NCBI GenBank assembly: GCA_034002745.1
Contig: JAVEZY010000006.1
Span: 12,667-76,666 of the forward strand
Source: Gammaproteobacteria bacterium
GTDB taxonomy: Bacteria > Pseudomonadota > Gammaproteobacteria > SZUA-140
DNA length: 64,000 nt
Direction of reading: 5' to 3'
In this document: positions 36,170 to 46,574 of the stretch, one piece after another
Layout: the number at the start of each line of letters is the position of its first letter
How positions within the stretch are numbered: position 1 is the stretch's first letter
Notes under the pieces: generated by a model
What the model was told of the DNA's origin: nothing
Databases searched by the model: none
Seen by the model: the letters and a program-made list of their open reading frames with translations, nothing else
Translations under genes and position numbers: made by a program

Positions 36170-37537
36170 ATGACCATGCGACCAAGGATTCTTCTGGTAG
36201 ACGACGATCCCGATCTGCTGCGGCTGCTCTCCATCCGGCTGAACACTGCCGGCTGGGAAGTGATGACGGCCGATAGCGCGGAGAGCGCGCTGTCCCTGCT
36301 CGAAGAACGCCAGCCGCAGGTGGTGGTGACGGACCTGCGCATGGACGGCATGGATGGCATGGCGTTCTTCGATATCGTCCATGAGCGCTTCTCGACCCTG
36401 CCGGTGATCATCCTGACCGCGCACGGGACCATCCCCGAAGCGGTGGAAGCGACCAAGAGAGGCGTCTTCACCTTCCTCACCAAGCCGTTCGACAGCAAGG
36501 ATCTGCTCGATCACATCAATCGCGCGCTGCGCATCAGCGGCGTCGTCGCCAGCGAAAATGGCGGCGAACGCGGCGCCTGGAGCAGTGAAATAATCAGCCG
36601 CAGCGCCGTGATGGACGAACTGCTGAAGCAGGCGCGGCGTGTCGCCGACAGCAGCGCGGCGGTGCTGATCCACGGCGAAAGCGGTACCGGCAAGGAATTG
36701 CTGGCGCGCGCCATCCACAAGGCCGGCCCGCGCCGCGATCGGCCCTTCCTCGGACTCAACTGCAGCGCGATTCCCGAGTCGCTGCTCGAATCGGAGCTGT
36801 TCGGCCACAACAAGGGCGCATTCACCAGCGCCACCCGGGACCACAAGGGCCTGTTCCAGGCTGCCGAAGGCGGCACCCTCTTCCTCGACGAGATTGGCGA
36901 CATGCCCCTGCCGCTGCAGGCAAAGCTGCTGCGCGTGCTCGAGGAGAAGGAGGTGCGTCCGGTCGGCGCGACCGCGAATGTGCGGGTGGACGTGCGCATC
37001 ATCTCCGCCAGCCACCATGATCTCGACGAGCTGGTGAAGGCGCGCCAGTTCCGCGAGGATCTCTACTACCGCCTCAACGTGGTGCGCCTGGACATCCCGC
37101 CGCTACGCGAACGGCCCGAGGACGTGCAGCTGCTGGCCAACCACTTCCTGCGCGAGATCGCAGCAAATGGCGATACCCAGGCGCAATCCTTCGCACCCGA
37201 GGCGATGGAGCGCCTGGTCACAGCGCCCTGGCCCGGCAACGTGCGCCAGCTGCTGAACGTCGTGGAATATTCCGCCACGCTGTGCACCACCGCGGTGATC
37301 CCGCTCAGTCTGGTGCAGCGCGCGCTGCGTCTGAAGACCGGCGCCCTGCCCTCGCTGTCGGCCGCCCGCCGCAATTTCGAGCGCGAGTACCTGATGCGGT
37401 TGCTGAAGATGACGGAAGGCAACATTACGCAGGCCGCGCGACTGGCGCAGCGCAACCGCACCGAGCTGTACAAGCTGCTGCATCGCTACCATCTCAATCC
37501 GGAGACCTTCCGCGGCGCGAAGTCCGCGAAGGGTTGA
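36170..37537 (+). CDS. glrR: GlrR/QseF-like sigma54-dependent response regulator
   Basis: REC (VDDD, TDLRMDGMDG), GESGTGKE, ESELFGH, GAFTSA loop, FLDEIGD, FREDLYYRLNV, HTH ARLAQRNRTELYKLL. Confidence 0.85.
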   Translation: MTMRPRILLVDDDPDLLRLLSIRLNTAGWEVMTADSAESALSLLEERQPQVVVTDLRMDGMDGMAFFDIVHERFSTLPVIILTAHGTIPEAVEATKRGVFTFLTKPFDSKDLLDHINRALRISGVVASENGGERGAWSSEIISRSAVMDELLKQARRVADSSAAVLIHGESGTGKELLARAIHKAGPRRDRPFLGLNCSAIPESLLESELFGHNKGAFTSATRDHKGLFQAAEGGTLFLDEIGDMPLPLQAKLLRVLEEKEVRPVGATANVRVDVRIISASHHDLDELVKARQFREDLYYRLNVVRLDIPPLRERPEDVQLLANHFLREIAANGDTQAQSFAPEAMERLVTAPWPGNVRQLLNVVEYSATLCTTAVIPLSLVQRALRLKTGALPSLSAARRNFEREYLMRLLKMTEGNITQAARLAQRNRTELYKLLHRYHLNPETFRGAKSAKG

Positions 37538-37651
37538 TCCTGGACGATCGGTTCCGGCGCGCGCCTACCGCGCACGGAACCGCGCGCGGATCCGATGGTC
37601 TACCTCTTGTAACGTGCCGCCCAACGTCCGCTTCTGCGCAGGAGGACACGA

Positions 37652-38059
37652 ATGCCTCAGGATGAAGCACTCCCGATGATCAATCCGATCACCATCTGCT
37701 TCCTGATCGACAAGGCGCGGGAATTTCACACCAAGGAGGGGGTCGTCATACCCGAGCCGCCACTCAGTCCTTCCGATGACGATGTGGGTCGCATGGTGCT
37801 CGCGGATCATGCCGATGACCCGACCTATGAGGAGTTCTGCGCCGCCGTTGACGATCTCGAGCCGGACCAGCAGGTCGCCGCGGTTGCCCTGATGTGGCTG
37901 GGGCGCGGGGATTTCACGGCGGATCAGTGGGATTCGGGGCTGGAGGAAGCACGCCGCGACTGGACGCCGCGCACAGCCGACTACCTGCTGTCCACGCCAC
38001 TGGTGGCCGATTACCTGGCGGAGGGACTCTCGCTGCTCGGCTACGATTGTTCGGAATGA
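37652..38059 (+). CDS. DUF3775-domain protein
   Basis: ICFLIDKAREF, LEPDQQVAAVALMWLGRGDF, YLLSTPLVADYLAEGL. Confidence 0.85.
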   Translation: MPQDEALPMINPITICFLIDKAREFHTKEGVVIPEPPLSPSDDDVGRMVLADHADDPTYEEFCAAVDDLEPDQQVAAVALMWLGRGDFTADQWDSGLEEARRDWTPRTADYLLSTPLVADYLAEGLSLLGYDCSE

Positions 38060-38074
38060 GAAAAGGACAACAGA

Positions 38075-38341
38075 TCAGATCCGGCAGGCGGAAAGCCTTT
38101 CGCGCCAGGACGCAAGCAACCGGCGGCGCGCGGCGTCATCGCCGGTAATGACGAGGGGGATTTCCCGGGCAGGAAGAACCACGGTCTGCCAGCCGCCACC
38201 ATCAAGCGCGCAATCTACCTTGACCAGCCACTGCCCATCCGCAATATCCACCTCGAACAGATAAGCCTTGAGACCCAATTCGTCCAGCAGGAGTGACGTG
38301 GCTTCTCTCGCCCGCGCCAGTTCGATCGTCGTCAGCGCCAT
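38075..38341 (-). CDS. Small hypothetical protein
   Basis: 88 aa MALTTIELARAREA…LDELGLKAYLFEV…VDCA…GGWQ. Confidence 0.65.
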   Translation of the reverse strand: MALTTIELARAREATSLLLDELGLKAYLFEVDIADGQWLVKVDCALDGGGWQTVVLPAREIPLVITGDDAARRRLLASWRERLSACRI

Positions 38342-38488
38342 GGGATTCTCCGATTCAGCCCCCCGGGGCTCAAGGTTACGCATGCCAGGACGCAAAAACC
38401 AAGCGTTGTTGCCCTTAGGGCTGGCACTCGGGCGCGGCCGGATACGGCGCAAACACACGACAACTGATGCACTACAGGTAATTCAGGA

Positions 38489-39175
38489 ATGAAGATGCAG
38501 ACAAACGAGCGCAGCAATCACCGTCGAGTCTATGTCTGGGACCCGCTGGTAAGAATTTTCCATTGGAGCCTGCTGGGGCTGATCGCATTTTCCTGGTACG
38601 CAGGGACGGTCGGCGGAAACATGATGGAATACCACATGTGGTCGGGCTATACGATGCTCACCCTGGTCCTGGTGCGCATCGCCTGGGGCTTCGTCGGCAC
38701 CAGCTATGCGCGCTTCACCAGTTTCCTGCACGCCCCGCGCGCGATCATCACCGACCTGTTCACGCTGCATCGGCGCGAGAGTGGCGTGCGGGTCATCGGC
38801 CACACGCCGCTCGGCGGCATCAACATCGTCCTGCTGATCACCTGCCTGCTGGTTCAGGCTGGCACCGGCCTGTTCGCCAACGATGACATCTTTACCGAGG
38901 GACCGCTCTATGGCCTGGTTGGCAAGGATACCAGCGACTGGCTGACCATGATCCATCACTACAACTTCAACGCGCTGCTGACGCTTGCCGGACTGCACAT
39001 CGTCGCAGTGTTCTATCACCTGCTTCACCGCCGCGAAAACCTCATCGCACCGATGTTCACCGGCTACAAAAAAGTGGCGGGCGCCCTTGCAGCGCCCGCC
39101 ACTCCTTTCCGCCCCGCTCTGGCGCTGGCGCTGCTGGCCATCGTCGCGGGTGCCGTCTGGCTACTGGTGAACTGA
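38489..39175 (+). CDS. Cytochrome b (b561 / Ni-hydrogenase b-type-like) membrane protein
   Basis: VWDPLVRIFHW, YHMWSGY, GHTPLGG, IHHY, LHIVAV (heme His ligands). Confidence 0.9.
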   Translation: MKMQTNERSNHRRVYVWDPLVRIFHWSLLGLIAFSWYAGTVGGNMMEYHMWSGYTMLTLVLVRIAWGFVGTSYARFTSFLHAPRAIITDLFTLHRRESGVRVIGHTPLGGINIVLLITCLLVQAGTGLFANDDIFTEGPLYGLVGKDTSDWLTMIHHYNFNALLTLAGLHIVAVFYHLLHRRENLIAPMFTGYKKVAGALAAPATPFRPALALALLAIVAGAVWLLVN

Positions 39176-39634
39176 TCAGCGACGCTTCTTGCGGAAGTCG
39201 TCGTGGCACGCCTTGCACGCCTTGCCGGTTTCGCCGACCTGCGCGCGGAAGGCATCGAAATCGCCTGACTGCGCGACTTCGGCCAGCTTGGCGCTCTGCT
39301 GCTGGAAGTTGGTCATGACCTTGTCGAAGTCCTGCGACTTGGACCAGACGTCAGGGAGAACCGCGGTTTCGCCAGCGTCGGAGCCACGCACGAAGGCATC
39401 AGGCGCGATCTTGCTCATGTCGGCCACGATGCCGGCGTTGCGCGCGGCGACCTGGCTGTCGAACGGCATGTCGCCCTTGGCCATCGCTCCGAGCGGCCCG
39501 AAGTACCAGCCGATCACCTTGTACACACCCTGCCGGAATTCGATGACGTCTTCGGGCTTGGGACCCTGCGCCATCGCCGGGAGGGCCGACAGCATCGAAG
39601 CCACCATTGCGGCGCACAGTACTACTCGTTTCAT
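39176..39634 (-). CDS. Cytochrome c' (class II c-type cytochrome)
   Basis: Signal peptide, IEFRQG, PDVWS, C-terminal CKACHDDFR. Confidence 0.92.
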   Translation of the reverse strand: MKRVVLCAAMVASMLSALPAMAQGPKPEDVIEFRQGVYKVIGWYFGPLGAMAKGDMPFDSQVAARNAGIVADMSKIAPDAFVRGSDAGETAVLPDVWSKSQDFDKVMTNFQQQSAKLAEVAQSGDFDAFRAQVGETGKACKACHDDFRKKRR

Positions 39635-39907
39635 CGCGTCTCCTTGCTCGTTTCTGCATTCAGGAATGGGCTCCCTCCGGAGCCGCATTCAGTCTAGAGA
39701 GTTCGCGCGGACAGCGTCAAACCGCGAATACCTTATATTTACAGGGGAAAATACCGCGTATCGCATATCGAGCGATATCCTGCGCCTGTGCCGCCCAGTG
39801 CGAACCGAGTCTATCGGCGGACCAGAAAACACCCCCACCGCGAGCCTCCCTCGCCGGATGCATCGCATCGAACGCGATGGATCGGGTCAATGAACCCCGG
39901 CATTCGA

Positions 39908-39936
39908 TTGACAGAAAGTGAATGATCGTTCATTCT
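39908..39936 (+). promoter_or_regulatory. Sigma70 promoter of the efflux operon overlapped by a TetR-type operator
   Basis: TTGACA at 39908-39913 and CATTCT 17 nt later. Palindrome GAATGA-TCGT-TCATTC at 39920-39935. Confidence 0.7.
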
Positions 39937-39983
39937 TCTCCGACTTTCGTGCTCAGAAATCCCCAACCCAGAGTCTGCTTCCC

Positions 39984-41141
39984 ATGCGCAACCCGGTTCG
40001 TGTGAGTTCCCTCGTATCTCTTGCATTGGTCATTCTGCTCGCCGCCTGTGGCGGAGAACCCCCAGCGATGTCGCAACAGAGCGGGCCGGCGCCGGTAACG
40101 GTGGTGACGCTGGAAGCCCGGCCGGTGACCCTGAGCCGTGAACTTCCCGGCCGTACCAATTCCCTGCGCGTCGCCGAGGTGCGCCCCCAAGTAACCGGCA
40201 TCGTCAGGGAGCGACTGTTCGAGGAAGGCGACCGGGTCAAGGCCGGACAGATCCTTTATCGTCTGGAGGACGACACCTACCGGGCCGATCTGAGCAGCGC
40301 GCGCGCCGCTCAGGCACGTGCCGAGGCAGCGGTCGAGCAGACACGCCTGCAGGCGAAGCGCGCCGAGGAACTGGTCACGGTCAAGGCCATCAGTCAACAG
40401 GACTACGAAACCGCCGTCGCCAACCTGCGCGTTGCCGAAGGTGATCTGGGCGTCGCCAAAGCCGCGGTCGAACGCAACGAAGTGCTGGTCGGCTATACCC
40501 GCATCACCTCTCCGATCGACGGAATCATCGGTCGGTCCATGGTCACCGAAGGCGCGCTGGTCACCGCCAACCAGGATTTGCCGCTGGCCACGGTGCAGCA
40601 GCTCGACCCCATCTATGTCGACGTCACCCAGTCGAGCAGCGAACTGCTGCAGCTGCGGCGCGCGCTCGACAGCGGTGCGGCGCGCGGCACCACCGCAGGC
40701 GCCCCCATCACCATTCTGCTCGAAGACGGCAGCCGTTACCCGCTCGAGGGCAAACTGACCTTCGCCGACGTCGCGGTCGACCCATCGACCGGCCGCTTCG
40801 CGCTGCGCGCCGTGGTGCCGAATCCCGAGCGGCTGCTGATGCCGGGCATGTACGTGCGCGCCGTGCTCACCAACATCACGCTTCCCGACGCACTGCTGGT
40901 ACCCCAGCAGGGAGTAATGCGCGACCCCAAGGGCAATGCGATGGCGATGGTGGTCAGCCAGGAAGGCACCGCGCAGCGCCGCGAGGTGCAAGTCAGCCGC
41001 ACCATCGGCGATCAGTGGCTGGTATCGGCCGGACTTCAGCCCGGAGACCGGGTGATCGTCGCCGGACTGCAAAAGATCCAGGAAGGTGCGCCGGTCACGC
41101 CCACCGAGGCCGAGCCCGCAACCGCGCAACAGGCAGACTGA
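39984..41141 (+). CDS. RND efflux periplasmic adaptor (AcrA/MexA family)
   Basis: Lipobox LAAC, ELPGRT, AEVRPQVTGI, LYRLE, ITSPIDGIIG, LDPIYVD, LMPGMYV. Confidence 0.95.
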   Translation: MRNPVRVSSLVSLALVILLAACGGEPPAMSQQSGPAPVTVVTLEARPVTLSRELPGRTNSLRVAEVRPQVTGIVRERLFEEGDRVKAGQILYRLEDDTYRADLSSARAAQARAEAAVEQTRLQAKRAEELVTVKAISQQDYETAVANLRVAEGDLGVAKAAVERNEVLVGYTRITSPIDGIIGRSMVTEGALVTANQDLPLATVQQLDPIYVDVTQSSSELLQLRRALDSGAARGTTAGAPITILLEDGSRYPLEGKLTFADVAVDPSTGRFALRAVVPNPERLLMPGMYVRAVLTNITLPDALLVPQQGVMRDPKGNAMAMVVSQEGTAQRREVQVSRTIGDQWLVSAGLQPGDRVIVAGLQKIQEGAPVTPTEAEPATAQQAD

Positions 41142-41153
41142 CGGAGCGCCGCC

Positions 41154-44100
41154 ATGCCGCAATTCTTCATCGGCCGCCCGATCTTCGCCTGGGTCATCGC
41201 CATTCTCATCATGCTCGCGGGAGTGCTGTCGCTCACCCGCCTGCCCGTGTCCATGTACCCGACCGTGGCGCCGCCCACGGTCACCATCAGCGCGACCTAT
41301 CCCGGCGCGTCGGCAAAGGTGGTCGAGGACTCGGTCACCCAGGTCATCGAACAGAACATGAAGGGGCTCGATGGTCTGCTGTACATGTCGTCCAACAGCT
41401 CGGCCGACGGCAGCGCCTCCATCAGCCTCACCTTCGATAACGCAATCAATGCGGATATCGCGCAGGTGCAGGTGCAGAACAAGCTGCAGCTGGCGCTGCC
41501 CCTGCTGCCACAGGAAGTGCAGGCACAGGGCGTGAACGTCAACAAGGCCAGCACCGGCTTCCTCATGGTGGTCGGCTTCGTGTCCGAGGACGGACGGATG
41601 GCCAAGGACGACATCGCCGACTACGTCGCCGCCAATCTGGTCGACCCGCTCAGCCGCGTGCCGGGCGTCGGCAACATTCGCGTGTTCGGGTCGCAGTACG
41701 CGATGCGCATCTGGCTCGATCCGGACAAGCTCGACGGCTATGCACTGACGCCGAACGACATCATCGAAGCCATCGAGTCACAGAACCGGCAGGTTGCCGT
41801 GGGTCAGCTCGGCGCGACCCCGGCCGTGCCCGGACAGCGACTGAACGCGACCATCATCGCCCAGGGCCGCCTCGAGAACCCCGAGCAGTTCAAGGACATC
41901 GTCGTGCGCAGCAATCCGGACGGCTCGGCGCTGCGGCTCGGCGATGTGGCGCGCGTGGAGCTCGGCGCGGAGTCCTACAACGTCATCACACGGCAGAACG
42001 GTCGCCCAGCCAGCGGTATCGCGATCATGATGGCCACGGGCGCCAATGCGCTCGAGACCGCGGCAGCCGTCGAGGAAGCTCTGGAGTCGATGCGAGCCGG
42101 ATTCCCCACCGGCCTGACCTACGTCATTCCTTTCGAAACGACGCCCTTCGTGCGCACCGCGATCAAAAACGTGCTCACCGTGCTCGCCGAAGCGATTCTG
42201 CTCGTCTTCCTGGTCATGTTCCTCTTCCTGCAGAACTTCCGCGCCACGCTGATCCCGACCATCGCGGTGCCGGTGGTACTGCTCGGCACCCTGGCGATCC
42301 TCAGCACGATGGGATATTCGATCAACATGCTGACCATGTTCGCCATGGTGCTCGCCATCGGACTGCTGGTCGATGATGCCATCGTCGTGGTCGAGAACGT
42401 GGAACGCGTGATGAGCGAGGAAGGCCTGTCACCGCGTGAAGCGACGCGCAAATCCATGCGACAGATCACCGGAGCCCTGGTCGCGATCGGCATGGTGCTG
42501 TCGGCGGTGTTCGTGCCGATGGCATTCATGAGCGGATCGACAGGCGTCATCTATCGCCAGTTCTCGGTCACCATCGTCTCGGCGATGGCACTGTCGGTGC
42601 TGGTGGCGCTGATACTGACGCCGGCGCTGTGCGCAACCATGCTCAAGCCGCTCAACAAGGGCGAACATCACGGCGAGCGCGGCTTCTTCCGCTGGTTCAA
42701 CCGCACCTATGACGCCGGCAGCAGCAGATATCAGGGCGTGGTGCGCTACATGCTCGCCCGCATGGGCCGCTTCCTGACAGTATTCATGCTGCTGTGCGGA
42801 CTCACCGTGATCGGCTTCGTCAATCTGCCGAGCTCCTTCCTGCCGCCGGAGGATCAGGGCGTGCTGTTCTCCATGGTGCAGGCGCCGGTCGGCTCCACGC
42901 AGGAGCGGACCATGCAGTCCTTCGAGGAACTGGAACACCACTTCCTGGTCGAACAGGGAGAGCTGGTGGAATCGGTTTTCACCGTGCAGGGATTCAGCTT
43001 CGGCGGCTCGGGGCAGAACACCGGCATGGCGTTCATCAAACTGAAGGACTGGAGCGAACGCACCGAACCCGACACGTTCGCTTCCGCCGTGGCCGGACGC
43101 GCCATGGGGGCGCTCAGCCAGATCCGCGACGCCTTCGTGTTCGTGTTCGCGCCACCCCCCATGCCCGAGCTCGGCACTTCGGGTGGTTTCGTGTTCCACC
43201 TGAAGGATACCGGCAATTTCGGCCATGACGGCCTGATCGGCGCCCGCAACCAGCTCCTCGGCGCCGCGGCACAGAATCCGCTGCTTACCAATGTACGCCC
43301 GAACGGCCTCGAGGACACGCCACAGTTCCGGCTCCATGTGGACGTGGCCAAGGCAAGCGCGCTCGACCTGTCGATGGCCGACGTCAACAGCACGCTGCAG
43401 GCAGCCTGGGGCGGTCAGTACATCGACGACTTCATCGATCGTGGCCGCGTCAAGCGCGTCTATATCCAGGCAGATGCGCCGTATCGCATGGTGCCGGAGG
43501 ACTTTGCGCGCTGGTCGGTGAGAAACAACGAGGGCCGCATGGTGCCGCTCTCCGCCTTCGTCAGCTCGAGCTGGGACTATGGTTCGCCCCGCCTCGAACG
43601 CTACAACGGCATCTCCGCCGTGGAGATCAACGGCGAAGCCGCGCCCGGCGTCAGCTCGGGAGAAGCGATGGCGGAGATCGAGCGTCTGGTGGCTGAACTC
43701 CCGCAGGGCATCACCATGGAGTGGAGCGGCCTCTCCTATCAGGAGCGCCAGGCCGGCGCGCAGACGCCGTTGCTCTACGCTCTGTCGCTGCTGGTCGTGT
43801 TCCTCTGTCTGGCGGCGCTGTACGAGAGCTGGACCATTCCGACAGCAGTCATGCTGGCCGCCCCGCTCGGCATCCTCGGCATCGTGCTCGCGACCACCTT
43901 GCGCGGACTCGAGCGCGACGTCTACTTCCAGGTGGCGATGCTGACCACGGTCGGACTGACCAGCAAGAACGCAATCATGATCATCGCCTTCGCGACCGAC
44001 TACATGCAGCAGGGACGCGATGTGATCACGGCCACCATGCAGGCCATACGGGACCGCCTGCGGCCCATCCTGATGACTTCGATCGCATTCGGCATGGGCG

Positions 44101-44297
44101 TCCTGCCGCTCGCCATCGCATCGGGTGCAGGTTCCGGCGCGCAGCACTCCATCGGTACCGGCGTGCTCGGCGGCATGATCTTCGGCGCGTTCCTCGGCCT
44201 GTTCTTCGTGCCTGTATTCTTTGTTGCCATCCAGCGCGTGTTCGGCCGGCGGCGGGCTGACCGCGCCGACGCCGCGGAGACCGAGACGCAGGCGTGA
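41154..44297 (+). CDS. RND efflux transporter (AcrB/MexB family)
   Basis: [48 protein letters not shown]; 1047 aa. Confidence 0.97.
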   Translation: MPQFFIGRPIFAWVIAILIMLAGVLSLTRLPVSMYPTVAPPTVTISATYPGASAKVVEDSVTQVIEQNMKGLDGLLYMSSNSSADGSASISLTFDNAINADIAQVQVQNKLQLALPLLPQEVQAQGVNVNKASTGFLMVVGFVSEDGRMAKDDIADYVAANLVDPLSRVPGVGNIRVFGSQYAMRIWLDPDKLDGYALTPNDIIEAIESQNRQVAVGQLGATPAVPGQRLNATIIAQGRLENPEQFKDIVVRSNPDGSALRLGDVARVELGAESYNVITRQNGRPASGIAIMMATGANALETAAAVEEALESMRAGFPTGLTYVIPFETTPFVRTAIKNVLTVLAEAILLVFLVMFLFLQNFRATLIPTIAVPVVLLGTLAILSTMGYSINMLTMFAMVLAIGLLVDDAIVVVENVERVMSEEGLSPREATRKSMRQITGALVAIGMVLSAVFVPMAFMSGSTGVIYRQFSVTIVSAMALSVLVALILTPALCATMLKPLNKGEHHGERGFFRWFNRTYDAGSSRYQGVVRYMLARMGRFLTVFMLLCGLTVIGFVNLPSSFLPPEDQGVLFSMVQAPVGSTQERTMQSFEELEHHFLVEQGELVESVFTVQGFSFGGSGQNTGMAFIKLKDWSERTEPDTFASAVAGRAMGALSQIRDAFVFVFAPPPMPELGTSGGFVFHLKDTGNFGHDGLIGARNQLLGAAAQNPLLTNVRPNGLEDTPQFRLHVDVAKASALDLSMADVNSTLQAAWGGQYIDDFIDRGRVKRVYIQADAPYRMVPEDFARWSVRNNEGRMVPLSAFVSSSWDYGSPRLERYNGISAVEINGEAAPGVSSGEAMAEIERLVAELPQGITMEWSGLSYQERQAGAQTPLLYALSLLVVFLCLAALYESWTIPTAVMLAAPLGILGIVLATTLRGLERDVYFQVAMLTTVGLTSKNAIMIIAFATDYMQQGRDVITATMQAIRDRLRPILMTSIAFGMGVLPLAIASGAGSGAQHSIGTGVLGGMIFGAFLGLFFVPVFFVAIQRVFGRRRADRADAAETETQA

Positions 44298-44956
44298 TCG
44301 GGGAGGATCGCAACGTGGAGCCCTCCTCGCTGCGCCAGCAGGACCGCGCCGCGATGCAGCGCAACCGCATCCTCGGTGCGGCCCAGAGCTGCTTCATCGA
44401 ATGCGGATTTCACGCCGCGAGCATGGCCGAGATCGCGGCCAGCGCCGGCATGAGCGCGGGATTGATCTACCGCTACTTCGAGAACAAGAACGCGATCATC
44501 CTCGCAATAATCGAACGACAGAACGAAGAGGTCCGGGCGGATATCGCCAGCCTGCGTTCCGCCTGCGATCTGGTGTCGCGTATCGTCGATCTCTTCGAGA
44601 GCTGGAAACGCCATGATCCCCGAGCCATGAATCCGGTCCTGTTCCTGGAGATGGCTGCCGAATCGAGTCGTGATGCGCAGATCGCGCGCGCTCTCGATGA
44701 GGCGCAGCGCGTACGCGGCGGGGACTTCGAAGCATGGATCCGGCAAGCCGCCGCACAGGCAGGCTGGGACTTCTGTGATGAGGAGGTGCGCACCCGCGCC
44801 TTCGCGCTGCAATGCTTCATCGAAGGACTCACCGTACGCGCGGTGCGCGAGCCCGATGTCGACGAGGAGGTGCTCATCCAGAGCCTGAAGCTGTTCCTGC
44901 CGCATATCCTGCCCTTTCCGGCGAACCGAATTCCACATAGAAAAGTGAAAAGTTGA
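44294..44956 (+). CDS. TetR/AcrR-family regulator
   Basis: [40 protein letters not shown]; GTGA overlap with the transporter stop. Confidence 0.92.
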   Translation: MIGEDRNVEPSSLRQQDRAAMQRNRILGAAQSCFIECGFHAASMAEIAASAGMSAGLIYRYFENKNAIILAIIERQNEEVRADIASLRSACDLVSRIVDLFESWKRHDPRAMNPVLFLEMAAESSRDAQIARALDEAQRVRGGDFEAWIRQAAAQAGWDFCDEEVRTRAFALQCFIEGLTVRAVREPDVDEEVLIQSLKLFLPHILPFPANRIPHRKVKS

Positions 44957-45031
44957 AAGGAGAAAGTGAAAAGAGCGAAGATGAGGGATGGTCGCATACA
45001 TGACCTCCTTTTCTTTCACTTCAAACTCTTT
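44940..45031. repeat. Heptamer-armed element encoding the TetR C-terminus (KVKS*)
   Basis: gaaaagt-gaaaagt-tgaaagg-agaaagt-gaaaaga followed by ttttctttcacttc; 19 nt identical to 25745-25763. Confidence 0.7.
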
Positions 45032-45050
45032 GCCGAGGACGGGAAATCCG

Positions 45051-45884
45051 ATGAGACCGAACCGAAGCCCGGTGACCGCGTGCGTCGCACTGCTGCTCTC
45101 CCTTGCCGTGTCAGTATCGGCAGCGGCCGCGCCGGATAACGAACACAAGCTGCGGACGATCATCGAAGGCGAGCACCGCAGCGAGGCCGATCGCGCCCGT
45201 GACGTCCATCGCCACCCGGTGGAAACGCTGCTGTGGATGGGGATTCGCGATGATATGACGGTGGTCGAGGTGACGCCGGGCGCGGGCTGGTACACCGACA
45301 TTCTCGCGCCTTTCCTGCGCGACCATGGCCAGTACTACGCCGCGGGATTCGACCCGGATTCCAGCGTCGGCTTCTTCCGCAACGCCGCGCTGAGGTTCCG
45401 GCAGAAGGTCGAAGCCGATCCGGCGCTTTACGGCGACGTGAAGATCACCGTGCTCGCGCCACCCGCCCACACCCGGATCGCGCCACCGGAGTCGGCTGAC
45501 ATGGTGCTCACCTTCCGCAACGTGCACAACTGGATGGCGGCCGGGACCACCGAGGCGATTTTCGACGCCGTGTACCAGGCGCTGAAACCGGGAGGAATCC
45601 TGGGAATAGTGGAACATCGCGGCGATCCCGAGCGCCCCCAGGATCCGAAGGCGCGATTCGGTTACGTGAATGAGGAGTACGTGATCGCGCGGGCCGAAGC
45701 GGCTGGTTTCGAGTTCGTCGATCGTTCGGATATCAACGCCAATCCACGCGACACGAAAGATCATCCGGAGGGTGTATGGACCCTGCCACCCACGCTGCGG
45801 CTCGGCGATGATGACCGCGAGCGCTATCTTGCCATCGGCGAGAGCGACCGCATGACGCTCAAATTCGTCAAGCCGCTGCGCTGA
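45051..45884 (+). CDS. Class I SAM-methyltransferase-fold protein with N-terminal signal peptide
   Basis: Signal MRPNRSPVTACVALLLSLAVSVSAAAA; RHPVETL, VVEVTPGAGWYT, DMVLTFRNVHNW, LKPGGILGIVEH, GESDRMTLKF. Confidence 0.85.
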   Translation: MRPNRSPVTACVALLLSLAVSVSAAAAPDNEHKLRTIIEGEHRSEADRARDVHRHPVETLLWMGIRDDMTVVEVTPGAGWYTDILAPFLRDHGQYYAAGFDPDSSVGFFRNAALRFRQKVEADPALYGDVKITVLAPPAHTRIAPPESADMVLTFRNVHNWMAAGTTEAIFDAVYQALKPGGILGIVEHRGDPERPQDPKARFGYVNEEYVIARAEAAGFEFVDRSDINANPRDTKDHPEGVWTLPPTLRLGDDDRERYLAIGESDRMTLKFVKPLR

Positions 45885-45888
45885 GGAA

Positions 45889-45917
45889 GGCGGCGCGGCG
45901 TCCGGCGCCGCGCCGCC
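45889..45917. terminator. Bidirectional GC-rich hairpin between convergent genes
   Basis: GGCGGCGCGGCG-TCCGG-CGCCGCGCCGCC, perfect 12-bp stem. Confidence 0.65.
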
Positions 45918-45923
45918 CTGCAA

Positions 45924-46418
45924 TCATTCGATGGCGATGGAGCGCCGCTGCCGCGTCTCGGTTTTCGGCAGCACCAGCTCGAGCATTCCATCCTTGAACG
46001 TCGCACGGGCCTTTTCGCTATCCACGGTGGCAGGAAGCGGAATCGTCCGCGCAAACTCGCCACGCATCAACTCGGAACGGAAATAATTCTCCCGCTCCTC
46101 CTTGCTCTCCTGTCGTGTCGAGCCGCGTATCGACACCATGTCCTCCGTCACATCCACCTGCAGATCCTTACGCTCGACCCCTGGCAGCGCGGCCCGCACC
46201 TTGATCTCCTTGTCGCCGTCGATCACGTCGACCTGGGGCAGCTTGCCGAACGGCCGTTCCAGCGCAACGGGAAAGTCGCGGAACATGCCTGGCCAGCCAC
46301 GCCCCCCCATGAACCGGTCCATCATCCGATCCATCACCTCCCACAGATCGCCATCGGAGATGCGGTGTCCAAGCTGTTGTCCGCCTTTGGAAACCTCGAT
46401 GTCACTGCTTTTCGCCAT
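45924..46418 (-). CDS. Hsp20/alpha-crystallin small heat-shock protein
   Basis: PQVDVID, AALPGV, YFRSELMRGEFARTIPLP, ATFKDGMLELVLPK. Confidence 0.92.
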   Translation of the reverse strand: MAKSSDIEVSKGGQQLGHRISDGDLWEVMDRMMDRFMGGRGWPGMFRDFPVALERPFGKLPQVDVIDGDKEIKVRAALPGVERKDLQVDVTEDMVSIRGSTRQESKEERENYFRSELMRGEFARTIPLPATVDSEKARATFKDGMLELVLPKTETRQRRSIAIE

Positions 46419-46574
46419 GTCATCCTCCACACCGCTGTCAGAGACTGATTCTGCCTGCGCGCGGAAGCCGCGTCGGATCACCGCGGCGGCATCATCGGTA
46501 CCATAACAAGCACCAAATACGGAGACAATCAGGGCGCATCCCACCTCCTCCGGCCGCGAACCGCGGCAATGGGC

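Noticed and set aside
38489-39634. Cytochrome b plus cytochrome c' as a novel system
   Set aside because: This adjacency is common in Proteobacteria and nothing unusual was seen here.
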